Position numbers and translations under genes: made by a program. 64,000 nucleotides of DNA from an uncultured Prolixibacteraceae bacterium (GTDB lineage Bacteria > Bacteroidota > Bacteroidia > Bacteroidales > Prolixibacteraceae), in NCBI GenBank assembly GCA_903865775.1, contig CAIPKZ010000419.1, positions 3,678-67,677 on the forward strand. Direction: 5' to 3'. Positions 32,085-42,731 of the stretch are shown in pieces. Each line of letters opens with the position of its first letter. Within the stretch, counting starts at the first letter, position 1. Below the pieces are notes generated by a model that did no database searches, was not told the origin of the DNA, and saw nothing but the letters and a program-made list of their open reading frames with translations.

Positions 32085-34127
32085 ATGACAACAGTTCCAA
32101 AAGTATTTACGGTAAAGACAACGCCGAAAGAAATACTTGAAAAATGGTACCGATTGATGACTTTGGGAAGGGCTATTGATGAAAAAGCGCCGAATTACCT
32201 GAAACAGGCCATTGGCTGGTCTTATCATGCTCCATATGCCGGACATGATGGAATTCAGCTTGCAATCGGACAAATATTTGAGAAAGAAGTAGACCATATT
32301 TTTTTATACTACCGTGATATGCTCACCGCTTTATCATGCGGTATGACTGCCGAAGAAATTATTCTGAATGGAATTTCTAAGGCAACCGATCCAACAAGCG
32401 GTGGACGCCACATGTCAAATCACTTTGCCAAACCCGATTGGCACATTCATAACGTATCATCATTAACCGGAAATCACACCCTGCATGCAGTAGGAGTTGC
32501 CCGTGGAATTAAATATTACGGCGAAAAAGCTGTTGCAATCAGTGTTCAGGGCGAATCTTCACTTTCCGAAGGCTACGTTTATGAGGCAATTAATGGAGCA
32601 TCAAAAGAGAAATTGCCTGTAATATTTGCCATTCAGGATAATGGTTTTGGAATTTCAGTACCAAAGAAAGACCAGACTGCAAACCGGAAGGTTGCCAATA
32701 ATTTTACCGGATTTAAAAATCTGCTCATCATACATTGCAATGGCAAAGATGTGTTTGATTCAATGAACGCCATGTATGAAGCCAAACGTCATGCTCTTGA
32801 AACCGGAATGCCAGTAATGGTTCAGGCCAACTGCATCCGGATTCATTCACATTCGAATTCCGACAGGCACGAATTGTACCGTTCCGAAGCTGAACGGAAC
32901 TATGTTCAGGAATATGACCCATTGGTGAAGTTTAAACGAATGCTGATACGTTATGAGCGCTTTACTGCTGAAGAACTTGAAGCAATCGAAAATGAGGCTA
33001 AAATGGAGCTAAAAGAAGCACATAAGCTGGCATTAAAAGCTCCGGATCCGGATCCGAACACTTATCTTGATTTTGTGCTTCCGGAACCTTATCAGCCTAA
33101 AAAATATGTTGACGGCACTCATCACGAAGATGGTGAAAAGAAAAAGCTAATTACAGCATTGAATGAAACATTAAAAGCAGAATTCAGAAATAATCCGGAT
33201 ACCTTTATGTGGGGCCAGGATATGGCTAACAAGGATAAAGGTGGAATCTTCAATGTGTCCAAAGGTTTACAGGCTGAATTTGGACCTAAAAGGATATTCA
33301 ATGCGCCGATTGCAGAGGATTTTATCGTAGGAACGGCAAACGGAATGTCGCGGTATGACGAAAAAATCAGAATCGTGATTGAAGGCGCAGAGTTTGCAGA
33401 TTACTTCTGGCCGGCTATGGAGCAATATGTTGATTCGAGTCATGATTACTGGCGGTCAAATGGTCAGTTTACTCCGAATGTCACCATTCGACTTGCGTCG
33501 GGCGGCTATATCGGTGGCGGACTATACCATTCGCAGAACATTGAAGGCTCGTTGACATCAATTCCAGGAGTACGAATTGTCTATCCATCGTTTGCTGATG
33601 ATGCTGCCGGACTTTTAAGAACTGCCATAAGATCAAGGGGTTTGACCATGTTCATGGAACCAAAGGCATTGTATAACGATCCAAAAGCAGCCACTGTAAT
33701 TCCTGATGATTTTGAAGTTCCATTCGGTAAGGCAAGAATTCGCCGGGATGGGGAAGATTTAGTCATGATTACCTATGGAAACACCACACATATGTGCCTT
33801 GAGACTGCTGAACGGCTTTCCAAAGAAGGAGTTTCTGTTGAAGTTATCGATCTTCGGTCACTCATTCCGCTTGATAAGGATACCATTCTGAATTCAGTAA
33901 AACGGATTGGGAAAGTAATGGTTGTCCATGAAGATAAGGTTCATTCGGGATTTGGTGCTGAAATTACATCGATGATCATGGAAGAAGCCTTTGAATTCCT
34001 TGACGGGCCAGTAAAACGTGTTGGTTCGACCTTTACACCGGTTGGATTTCACAGGTCATTCGAACGGATGATATTGCCAAATGCTGAAAAAATTTATACT
34101 ACCGCCAAAGAAATTTTGGCTTATTAA
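32085..34127 (+). CDS. Fused E1 alpha/beta 2-oxoacid dehydrogenase (probably branched-chain)
   Basis: TPP motif GESSLSEG...DNG, transketolase-like beta part, 680 aa fusion. Confidence 0.92.
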   Translation: MTTVPKVFTVKTTPKEILEKWYRLMTLGRAIDEKAPNYLKQAIGWSYHAPYAGHDGIQLAIGQIFEKEVDHIFLYYRDMLTALSCGMTAEEIILNGISKATDPTSGGRHMSNHFAKPDWHIHNVSSLTGNHTLHAVGVARGIKYYGEKAVAISVQGESSLSEGYVYEAINGASKEKLPVIFAIQDNGFGISVPKKDQTANRKVANNFTGFKNLLIIHCNGKDVFDSMNAMYEAKRHALETGMPVMVQANCIRIHSHSNSDRHELYRSEAERNYVQEYDPLVKFKRMLIRYERFTAEELEAIENEAKMELKEAHKLALKAPDPDPNTYLDFVLPEPYQPKKYVDGTHHEDGEKKKLITALNETLKAEFRNNPDTFMWGQDMANKDKGGIFNVSKGLQAEFGPKRIFNAPIAEDFIVGTANGMSRYDEKIRIVIEGAEFADYFWPAMEQYVDSSHDYWRSNGQFTPNVTIRLASGGYIGGGLYHSQNIEGSLTSIPGVRIVYPSFADDAAGLLRTAIRSRGLTMFMEPKALYNDPKAATVIPDDFEVPFGKARIRRDGEDLVMITYGNTTHMCLETAERLSKEGVSVEVIDLRSLIPLDKDTILNSVKRIGKVMVVHEDKVHSGFGAEITSMIMEEAFEFLDGPVKRVGSTFTPVGFHRSFERMILPNAEKIYTTAKEILAY

Positions 34128-34140
34128 AACCTTTTAAATC

Positions 34141-34650
34141 ATGAGTATTACAGGAATATTTTATAGTTTCAATTCAACCAAGACAGCCAAAACTGCTGAA
34201 AAAATAATTGAAGAATTCGGAGCAGATTACCAAATTGTTCCGGTAAATGCAGAAGAATTAACCGAAGAGAAATTTCTTTCGTTTACAAACCTGATTCTTG
34301 GTGTTCCTACCTGGTTTGATGGTGAATTGCCAAATTATTGGGATGAATTCGTTCCTGCTTTGGAAGATTTAGATCTAAGCGGAAAAACAATTGCGATTTA
34401 TGGTCTTGGAAATCAGGTAGAATATCCTGAAAACTTTGGCGATGCAGTTGGTATTATGGCCGAATTGGTTCAACAAAGAGGAGCAAAGCTTGTTGGTTTA
34501 ACCTCCATCGAAGGTTATGAATATGAATCTTCGCGAGCTGTAATAGATGGGAAATTTTCAGGATTAATCCTGGATCAGGAAACACAAGCCAGACAATCGA
34601 AAGACAGAATTACCGACTGGGTTAAAGATCTGAAATCTCAGTTTTCCTGA
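34141..34650 (+). CDS. Long-chain flavodoxin
   Basis: GVPTWFDGEL, GLGNQVEYPENF and GLILDQE motifs. Confidence 0.93.
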   Translation: MSITGIFYSFNSTKTAKTAEKIIEEFGADYQIVPVNAEELTEEKFLSFTNLILGVPTWFDGELPNYWDEFVPALEDLDLSGKTIAIYGLGNQVEYPENFGDAVGIMAELVQQRGAKLVGLTSIEGYEYESSRAVIDGKFSGLILDQETQARQSKDRITDWVKDLKSQFS

Positions 34651-34672
34651 TAAATCAAATTAATAATTTTAC

Positions 34673-34709
34673 TAAAGGCGTGATTATTAAAATCATGCCT
34701 TTATTTTTT
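34673..34709 (+). terminator. Intrinsic terminator after flavodoxin
   Basis: taaaggcgtgatt-attaa-aatcatgccttta followed by a T-run. Confidence 0.8.
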
Positions 34710-34867
34710 ACATAAATATTGAATGCTTTGTTTGGTATTCATTCTGAAGAGGCAGGCATTATAAATCAAATTAAATATATCTTTGTTTAAGCCGATCAGG
34801 TTCAAATTAAGCAATTGCCTGTTGACAATTGATATTTGTTAATTGAATTTAGTTCAGAAATAAAAGA

Positions 34868-35353
34868 ATGCATAAAATGAAAAAAAAGAAAGTAATAGCA
34901 ATTGTAGCCCACGATAACCGGAAGAAAGATATGATCGAATGGGTTTCATGGAACTGGAAGGAATTTATTTCGCACAGCCTCATATGCACAGGAACTACAG
35001 GAAGTATGGTTCAGGCAACACTTGTTGAAAAATGCCAGGAAAACGATGTTATTCCACCTGAAATTGTCCGTTTAAAGTCAGGACCGCTTGGTGGTGATCA
35101 GCAATTGGGTGCTTTAATATGTGAAGGAAAAGTTGATATGCTGATCTTTTTCTGGGATCCGATGCAGCCTCAGCCACATGATGTAGATGTAAAAGCCTTA
35201 CTCCGTATTTCTACCTTATACAATATTCCAACTGCAACCAACCGGTCAACCGCCGACTTTATTATCTCATCCAAATTGTTTCATCAGGAATATGAACCGA
35301 TCCTCAAGGACTATAGTACGTATATCAAGCGGGACGTGGATTTCAACCAATAG
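34868..35353 (+). CDS. mgsA: Methylglyoxal synthase
   Basis: IVAHD, TGTTG, SGPLGGDQQ and PHDVDVKAL motifs. Confidence 0.97.
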   Translation: MHKMKKKKVIAIVAHDNRKKDMIEWVSWNWKEFISHSLICTGTTGSMVQATLVEKCQENDVIPPEIVRLKSGPLGGDQQLGALICEGKVDMLIFFWDPMQPQPHDVDVKALLRISTLYNIPTATNRSTADFIISSKLFHQEYEPILKDYSTYIKRDVDFNQ

Positions 35354-35437
35354 TTTTACTGTTTCTTAACAAAAAAGTATTCTTTTTATGTAGCGTTTTA
35401 AGCCAGGTCTATATAGATTTGAAGAAATTTATAAGCC

Positions 35438-35617
35438 ATGAAAGAGGACAGATTGAAAAAAATGATCAAAACGATGTATTTACTTCGTGATGTGTTGAAG
35501 CAGAAACATGAAAATGACAACGCGTTTAAATTTAAACCAAAATCAAAGGTTCTTAACGAAGTGGATGAGATAATAGACAAACGTTTGGAAGAGTTTTATT
35601 CACTTAGGATTAGTTGA
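35438..35617 (+). CDS. Small hypothetical protein, 59 aa (below the ORF-track cutoff)
   Basis: Hand translation MKEDRLKKMIKTMYLLRDVLKQKHENDNAFKFKPKSKVLNEVDEIIDKRLEEFYSLRIS; charged helical composition. Confidence 0.5.
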   Translation: MKEDRLKKMIKTMYLLRDVLKQKHENDNAFKFKPKSKVLNEVDEIIDKRLEEFYSLRIS

Positions 35618-36096
35618 GTTTGGTATTATTAGTTTAAAAATTGATTTGTATTTACATTTGTAAATGATCGCAAACTACAACACAACAGTACCTTACTGTA
35701 ATACATATTGTTTTATATTACATATGTAACCTATTTGGTATCTGTTTGAAATTGCGATTACAGGATTTTGGGAATATTAAAATATTCATTTGGAAAAATA
35801 ATCTAAGGAATTTTTTAAGAGTAAGAAATAATTGCTGAGAATCAGTAAAATCTAATGTTTAGCTGATTCAGATAATAGTAAAGAAATACCGCGCGGAAAA
35901 AGTTTTCAAGAAGATTTACGAAAAATTCAAGATTGAGATTAATTTTCTGCAATCAATTAGAATCGCATATTTCACAGGTTATGCACATAGGTCCAGAATA
36001 AGCCACAGGAAACAGACTTAATTATGATAATATTTAGGTTTTCAATTTCAATACGTTTGTCTTAGAATTAATATTATGTTATTTTTGTACAAATAA

Positions 36097-36123
36097 AAAG
36101 AAGGAGTAAAAACTCCTTCCTTC
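36097..36123 (-). terminator. Terminator of gyrA-TPR operon
   Basis: gaaggagt-aaaa-actccttc with an A-run on the plus strand (U-tract on minus), just past the TPR stop. Confidence 0.75.
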
Positions 36124-36135
36124 AATTATTGCTTA

Positions 36136-37314
36136 TTATAGATTTTTCATCTTCTCAACAATCTCTGCATGTTTATCTAACATCTTTAAACGATAGTACA
36201 AAGTCTTGAGTGATTCCATGGTAAATTTATCCGCTGGATTCAGTTCATGTGCTTTTTCCATATATGGAATGGCTTTTTTGAATTCAAGATCTGCCTTGTT
36301 CTTTTCTTCCTCGTATTTTAAAGGTTGATTGCTTGGAATAGCATTTGCAATATCCACTTGTTTAACACCCTTATTATAATACAATGCGCCAAGATTGTAA
36401 TACGCATCGAAATAATCGTCTCTGAATTCAATTGCTTTAAGGTAACTTTCTGTCGCTTGATCTACTTTTTGAAGCTTATCATACAGGGTTCCCCTGGCAA
36501 AATAGTAGGATGAATTTTTTGGGTCATGTTCAATGGCAATATTTAAATACTCCATTGCATCGTTTACTTTATTTGCATTCAGGAAGATATTAATAACGTC
36601 TACCAACAGAGGACCATTTTCAGGATATTCTTTCAGACCTTGTTTTAGAGCTCCCAAAGCTCCAACTGTATCTTGCTTCTGCATGTATGTATTCGAAATC
36701 AAAGCAAATGTTTTTGCTCCGTTGTATTTGTATTGTGTAGTTTTCGTGTAATATTCAATTGCTTTGTCGTAGTTCTTAGCATTATAAGCTGCCAAACCAG
36801 CATTAAACATGATCACTGTATCTACTGCATTCGGATCGTCTGCTTTATATACAGGATTTTGTTCAATTGCCATGATTTGCTCAAATGATTTAAGAGCCTT
36901 TTCGAAATTCTCTTCGTTAAAGGCAGCAACGGCTTGATTAGTAAGATCTCCGATCAAAAGTGTAAATTTTATTTTAACACTTTTCGAAAAACTATTCTTG
37001 ATATCAAGTTCCAACGCTTTAAAATAAGAATCATAGGCTACTGTCAATGGATCATTGTTTAGCTTCTTAAAGTTCTCATCTTTTGTTTGGAACACAGCCT
37101 GATAAATTTCACCACGGACTTCCCAGGTTCTTGGCCAGGAAATTGATCCTTCAGATTTTGGGTTGCTCGCATTAATAGTTTCTTCTATCGCTTCAACCGC
37201 TTTGTCGAGTTTTCCTGCTTCTTTATAACTTAAAGCACTGGTTACTTTGCCTTTCTGTGCGAATGCACCTGTTATGGCAATAAGTAAAGCAAATAAAATT
37301 GTAGTTCTTTTCAT
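36136..37314 (-). CDS. Exported tetratricopeptide repeat protein
   Basis: Signal peptide and multiple TPR motifs (YYNLGALYYNKG). Confidence 0.88.
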   Translation of the reverse strand: MKRTTILFALLIAITGAFAQKGKVTSALSYKEAGKLDKAVEAIEETINASNPKSEGSISWPRTWEVRGEIYQAVFQTKDENFKKLNNDPLTVAYDSYFKALELDIKNSFSKSVKIKFTLLIGDLTNQAVAAFNEENFEKALKSFEQIMAIEQNPVYKADDPNAVDTVIMFNAGLAAYNAKNYDKAIEYYTKTTQYKYNGAKTFALISNTYMQKQDTVGALGALKQGLKEYPENGPLLVDVINIFLNANKVNDAMEYLNIAIEHDPKNSSYYFARGTLYDKLQKVDQATESYLKAIEFRDDYFDAYYNLGALYYNKGVKQVDIANAIPSNQPLKYEEEKNKADLEFKKAIPYMEKAHELNPADKFTMESLKTLYYRLKMLDKHAEIVEKMKNL

Positions 37315-37370
37315 TTTAATAAAAAGTTTGTTATTACTGTAAAATGTGACTAATTGTAATTAATTGTTTA

Positions 37371-39890
37371 TTATTCAGGTGATTGATCATTATTTTCATC
37401 AGTTAATTCGGTATTCTCTTCCGGAATCTCAACAATTTCATCAGGATCTTCCGCCGTTGGTACAATTGTTATTGAAGCAATTTGATCTCCTTCTTTCAGA
37501 TTTATCAGTCGAACTCCCTGAGCTGTACGACCTATAATTCGAAGTGAAGAAATGGACATCCGGATGGTTAATCCAATTTGAGTAATTATCATCAAATCGT
37601 TGCTGTCGTCAACACTTTTTATCGAAATTACCTGACCGGTTTTTTCAGTAACATTAATTGTTTTGACACCTTTTCCACCTCTATTGGTTAACCGGTAATC
37701 CCCGATTTTTGAACGTTTCCCATAACCATTTTCAGAAACAACCAAAATGTCTTCATTTTCGTTTTCTACACAAACCATGCCAACCACTTCATCCTGATCG
37801 TGTCCGAGGGTAATACCACGCACTCCTGAGGCAGTTCTTCCAATCGGACGTACGCTACTGTCCTCAAAACGAACTGCTTTACCCGAACGAACTGCCATCA
37901 TGATATGATGATTTCCATTTGTCATCCTGGCTTCAAAAAGTTTATCATCTTCCCGGATTGTTATCGCATTTACCCCATTCTGACGAGGGCGCGAATATGC
38001 TTCCAGCGAAGTTTTCTTGATAATCCCTTTTTTAGTGCAAAGTATAATAAAATTATTATTGATATATTCTGGATCGGTTAGATTATTAACATTAATATAA
38101 GCCAGAATCTGATCGTCCTGTTCAATGTTAATCACATTCTGAATTGCCCGCCCTTTTGAAGTTTTTGTTCCTTCAGGAATTTCATAAACTTTCAACCAGA
38201 AACACTTGCCTTTTTCTGAAAACAGAAGCAAGGTATTATGCATTGAAGCATTTAACATATGTTCAAGGAAATCAGTATCGCGGGTTGTGCTGCCCTTTGA
38301 ACCAACTCCTCCCCTTCCCTGGGTTTTAAAGTCGGTTAACGGAGTCCGTTTAATATATCCAAGATGCGAGATCGTAATAACCATCTCTTCGTCGGCATAA
38401 AAATCTTCCGGATTGAATTCTTCTGCATTCGGAACAATCTCGGTTCGGCGTCCGTCGCCGTATTTTTCTTTTATCTCAAGAAGTTCATTCTTAATTATAT
38501 CCATTCGAAGATTTACATCAGCTAAAATTCCTTTCAGATATTCAATTTGTTTCAGAATGTCTTCATATTCCTGATGCAATTTATCCTGCTCCAGTCCGGT
38601 TAGCTGACGTAAACGCATTTCAACGATGGCGCGTGACTGAATGTCAGATAAACTAAAACGTTCTATCAGGTTCAGTCTGGCTTCATCAGGATTTTTTGCA
38701 GCACGAATAATGGCGATTACCTCTTCAATATTATCGCTTGCGATGATTAATCCTTCCAGAATATGTGCCCTCTTTTCAGCCTGCTCCAATTCAAATTGTG
38801 TTCTGCGAACAACAACATCGTGCCGGTGTTCAACAAAGTAATGAATCAAATCCTTCAGGTTAAGCATTTTTGGCCGGCCTTTTACCAAAGCAATATTATT
38901 TACGCTGAAGCTGTTCTGCAACTGTGTAAATTTGTACAGCTTATTCAGTACCACATTGGATATCTCATCTTTTTTGATGTCAAAAACGATGCGCATTCCG
39001 TCGCGGTCCGATTCATCGTTCACGTTCGAAATACCTTCAATCTTCTTTTCATTGATCAATTCAGCAGTCTTAATAATAAGCTCAGCCTTATTGACCATGT
39101 ATGGAATTTCTGTGATTACAATTTTTTCTCGGCCATTCGGTGTCACTTCAATATGGGCTTTTCCGCGAACAACAATTCGTCCCCTGCCTGTTTCAAACGC
39201 TTCCTGAACACCCTTATACCCGTATATTATCCCTCCTGTCGGAAAATCCGGAGCTTTAATAATTAATATAAGATCCTGAATATCAATTTCAGGATTAGCG
39301 ATGTAGGCAATAATTGCATCGATGGTATCCGATAAATTGTGAGGAGGCATGTTGGTTGCCATTCCTACAGCAATACCTGATGCTCCATTAACTAATAAAT
39401 TCGGAATTCTTGTTGGTAGAACAGTCGGTTCCTTCAGCGATTCATCAAAGTTTGGCTGAAAATCAACCGTATTCTTTTCCAGATCGGAAAGTGTTTCTTC
39501 GGCAATTTTTGATAAGCGTGCTTCGGTATAACGCATTGCTGCAGGACTATCACCATCAACAGATCCAAAGTTTCCCTGTCCGTCGACTAATGGGTATCGC
39601 AACGACCACTCCTGAGCCATACGAACCATTGTAAAATAAACCGATGAATCACCATGCGGGTGAAACTTACCTAATACTTCTCCAACTATCCTTGCTGATT
39701 TTTTATATGGCTTGTTTGATCCGGTTCCCAATTCGCTCATTCCAAACAACACGCGGCGATGTACTGGCTTTAAACCATCTCTTACATCTGGAAGTGCCCG
39801 TGAAACAATGACAGACATCGAATAATCGATGTATGCTGATTTCATTTGCTCTTCAATATTTATCTTGATAATTTTTTCGCCTTCAGACAT
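37371..39890 (-). CDS. gyrA: DNA gyrase subunit A
   Basis: [16 protein letters not shown], GyrA-box-like QGRGGVG, beta-pinwheel repeats and acidic tail. Confidence 0.98.
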   Translation of the reverse strand: MSEGEKIIKINIEEQMKSAYIDYSMSVIVSRALPDVRDGLKPVHRRVLFGMSELGTGSNKPYKKSARIVGEVLGKFHPHGDSSVYFTMVRMAQEWSLRYPLVDGQGNFGSVDGDSPAAMRYTEARLSKIAEETLSDLEKNTVDFQPNFDESLKEPTVLPTRIPNLLVNGASGIAVGMATNMPPHNLSDTIDAIIAYIANPEIDIQDLILIIKAPDFPTGGIIYGYKGVQEAFETGRGRIVVRGKAHIEVTPNGREKIVITEIPYMVNKAELIIKTAELINEKKIEGISNVNDESDRDGMRIVFDIKKDEISNVVLNKLYKFTQLQNSFSVNNIALVKGRPKMLNLKDLIHYFVEHRHDVVVRRTQFELEQAEKRAHILEGLIIASDNIEEVIAIIRAAKNPDEARLNLIERFSLSDIQSRAIVEMRLRQLTGLEQDKLHQEYEDILKQIEYLKGILADVNLRMDIIKNELLEIKEKYGDGRRTEIVPNAEEFNPEDFYADEEMVITISHLGYIKRTPLTDFKTQGRGGVGSKGSTTRDTDFLEHMLNASMHNTLLLFSEKGKCFWLKVYEIPEGTKTSKGRAIQNVINIEQDDQILAYINVNNLTDPEYINNNFIILCTKKGIIKKTSLEAYSRPRQNGVNAITIREDDKLFEARMTNGNHHIMMAVRSGKAVRFEDSSVRPIGRTASGVRGITLGHDQDEVVGMVCVENENEDILVVSENGYGKRSKIGDYRLTNRGGKGVKTINVTEKTGQVISIKSVDDSNDLMIITQIGLTIRMSISSLRIIGRTAQGVRLINLKEGDQIASITIVPTAEDPDEIVEIPEENTELTDENNDQSPE

Positions 39891-40162
39891 TTACTCCTCC
39901 TTTAAATAAATTATGCTTAAAAAATTTGACTGACAAAAATACAAAAATACTTCTTGAATCAAGCGATTTAATTGCTTTTCATTTGTAAAATACGAAGAAG
40001 ATTTTAACAATGCAATGTTCAAAAAATCAGCAAATTGTATGATATGCCTCACAATAATTGTGTATTTTTGATGAAAGAAGTTTTCAATATTATAAACTAT
40101 GCCAACTTTTAGGAATAGTTTTTGTTATTTATGGGAAGTAATTTAATAAGGGAACTCGTTAT

Positions 40163-42691
40163 ATGGATTCACAATTTTCACCACGAATTAAAGATGTTCT
40201 CTCTTACAGCCGGGAGGAAGCTATCCGGTTAGGAAACGAGAGCATTGGATTAGAGCATATTTTTCTGGGAATCCTAAGGGACGGAGAAGGCATTGCAATT
40301 GAAATTCTTACGAATCTGGGTATCAATCTGGGGGAAATAAAACAATCAATTGAAGAAAAACTTAGAACCGGAAAAGATGTTGATTCTCAGGCATCTGTTC
40401 AACTGCTCAAGTCGGCAGAAAAAGCACTTAAACTTGTTTACCTGGAAGCCCGTGCTTTTAATAGTCCGACTATCAACACTGGCCATCTGTTACTTGCTTT
40501 AATCAAAGATAAAGAAAGCATGATCAGTAACATTCTGAGCGAATATCACATTAATTACTATATTTTGAAATCAAGGCTCGAAGATTATAAAAGTCCGGAA
40601 GCCAAATCGGATTTTGATGATGAAGATGATGATGCGGATGACAGTTTTTCCAAATCAAGTGGCACTGGTCCGGCTAATCCAGCCTCTGCCAAGAAACCTG
40701 CAAATCCTAAATCTGAAACTCCTGTTCTCGATAATTTCGGAGTAGATATTACCAAAGCTGCCGAAGAGAATAATTTAGATCCAATTGTTGGCCGTGAGCG
40801 CGAAATCGAACGTTTAGCTCAGATATTGTCACGCCGTAAGAAAAACAATCCGATTCTGATCGGTGAACCTGGAGTAGGTAAATCAGCTATTGCTGAAGGA
40901 CTTGCACTTCGGATTGTTCAGAAAAAAGTTTCAAGGGTTTTATTCGACAAAAGAGTAGTCAGCCTGGATATTGCTTCCATTGTTGCCGGAACCAAATACC
41001 GTGGACAATTTGAGGAGCGCATGAAAGCTATTTTAAACGAGTTATCGAAAGTAAGCAATGTGATTTTGTTTATCGACGAAATTCATACCATTGTAGGTGC
41101 TGGTGGTGCAACCGGATCGCTCGATGCCGCAAATATGTTGAAACCTGCACTTGCCCGGGGCGAAATTCAATGCATTGGTGCTACTACTCTTGACGAATAC
41201 CGTCAACACATTGAAAAAGATGGTGCACTCGAAAGAAGGTTTCAGAAAATAATGGTTGAACCGACTTCTATTGACGAAACCATTGAAATTCTAAACAACA
41301 TTAAATCTCGGTACGAAGATCATCACAACGTAATCTATACACCAGAGGCAATTGATGCCTGCGTAAAGCTGACAACCAGATATATTCCCGATCGGTTCCT
41401 TCCTGATAAAGCCATTGATGCTTTGGATGAATCCGGTTCAAGAGTGCATATTTCCAACATCAATGTTCCTGAACGAATTATTAAGCTGGAAGAGAAAATT
41501 GAACGCACCAAAGAAGATAAAATAAAGGCAGTTAAAAGTCAAAATTTTGAACTGGCAGCCAATCACCGCGATAAAGAAAAAAGTCTGTTACAACTTCTTG
41601 ATCAGGAAAAAGAAGAATGGGAAAAGGAATTGATAAGTCATCGGGAAACAGTTACTGAAGATAAAGTTGCTGAAGTGGTTTCCATGATGTCAGGTGTGCC
41701 AATTCAGCGTATTGCCCAGGCAGAAGGAAAGCGCTTGATGGATATGGGAAAACAGCTTATGGGAAGCGTTGTTGGACAGCAGGAAGCCATTGTGAAAATT
41801 GTCAAATCGATTCAACGTAACCGTGCCGGATTGAAAGATCCGAATAAGCCAATTGGATCGTTCGTTTTTCTGGGACCAACCGGAGTTGGGAAAACACAAT
41901 TAGCCAAGGTCTTAGCTACTTATTTATTTGATAGTGTTGACTCGCTGATACGAGTGGATATGAGCGAATATATGGAGAAATTCTCCGTTTCCCGATTAGT
42001 CGGTGCTCCTCCGGGATATGTTGGTTACGAAGAAGGTGGCCAATTAACCGAAAAGGTTCGTCGTAAACCATATTGTGTGGTTCTTTTGGACGAAATTGAA
42101 AAAGCTCATCCGGATGTATTTCATTTATTGCTCCAGGTTCTTGATGAAGGGCGCCTGACTGACAGTTTAGGACGAAATATCGATTTCAGAAATACGATCA
42201 TTATCATGACCTCCAATATTGGTTCACGCCAATTATCTGAATTTGGACGCGGTGTCGGTTTTTCCACTCAAAGTCAAGCAGTTGATCAAGGCGACCATGC
42301 CAAATACATTGTGGAAAAAGCGCTTAAAAAAGCTTTCGCACCTGAATTTCTGAACCGGATTGACGATGTGGTCATGTTTAACTCGCTGACAAAAGAGCAT
42401 ATTCATGAAATTATTGACATTGAATTGAAAGGTCTCTATGACCGTATTAACGCTTTGAATTTCAAGTTAAAAATTTCTACTGCAGCAAAAGATTTTATTG
42501 CTGAAAAAGGATTCGATACGCAATTTGGTGCACGACCACTGAAAAGGGCCATCCAAAAATATCTGGAAGATGAAATGGCTGAAGTTATTATTAAAGCGTC
42601 TGTAATTGAAGGTGATACTATCTCTGTAGGATTTGATAAGAAATCTGAAAAAATAAAAATCAGGATTTTATCTACACTCACAAAGAAATAA
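40163..42691 (+). CDS. clpC: ATP-dependent Clp protease ATPase subunit
   Basis: Clp-N domain, two AAA modules ([16 protein letters not shown]) and UVR-like middle domain. Confidence 0.96.
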   Translation: MDSQFSPRIKDVLSYSREEAIRLGNESIGLEHIFLGILRDGEGIAIEILTNLGINLGEIKQSIEEKLRTGKDVDSQASVQLLKSAEKALKLVYLEARAFNSPTINTGHLLLALIKDKESMISNILSEYHINYYILKSRLEDYKSPEAKSDFDDEDDDADDSFSKSSGTGPANPASAKKPANPKSETPVLDNFGVDITKAAEENNLDPIVGREREIERLAQILSRRKKNNPILIGEPGVGKSAIAEGLALRIVQKKVSRVLFDKRVVSLDIASIVAGTKYRGQFEERMKAILNELSKVSNVILFIDEIHTIVGAGGATGSLDAANMLKPALARGEIQCIGATTLDEYRQHIEKDGALERRFQKIMVEPTSIDETIEILNNIKSRYEDHHNVIYTPEAIDACVKLTTRYIPDRFLPDKAIDALDESGSRVHISNINVPERIIKLEEKIERTKEDKIKAVKSQNFELAANHRDKEKSLLQLLDQEKEEWEKELISHRETVTEDKVAEVVSMMSGVPIQRIAQAEGKRLMDMGKQLMGSVVGQQEAIVKIVKSIQRNRAGLKDPNKPIGSFVFLGPTGVGKTQLAKVLATYLFDSVDSLIRVDMSEYMEKFSVSRLVGAPPGYVGYEEGGQLTEKVRRKPYCVVLLDEIEKAHPDVFHLLLQVLDEGRLTDSLGRNIDFRNTIIIMTSNIGSRQLSEFGRGVGFSTQSQAVDQGDHAKYIVEKALKKAFAPEFLNRIDDVVMFNSLTKEHIHEIIDIELKGLYDRINALNFKLKISTAAKDFIAEKGFDTQFGARPLKRAIQKYLEDEMAEVIIKASVIEGDTISVGFDKKSEKIKIRILSTLTKK

Positions 42692-42694
42692 ATA

Positions 42695-42731
42695 AAAGAG
42701 AAAACCAGGTTTAAGCTTGGTTTTCTCTTTT
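42695..42731. terminator. Bidirectional terminator-like hairpin
   Basis: aaagagaaaaccagg-tttaa-gcttggttttctcttt between convergent genes. Confidence 0.8.

Noticed and set aside
35398-35580. 60-aa minus-strand ORF after mgsA
   Set aside because: It is more likely the shadow of the plus-strand 59-aa ORF at 35438-35617.
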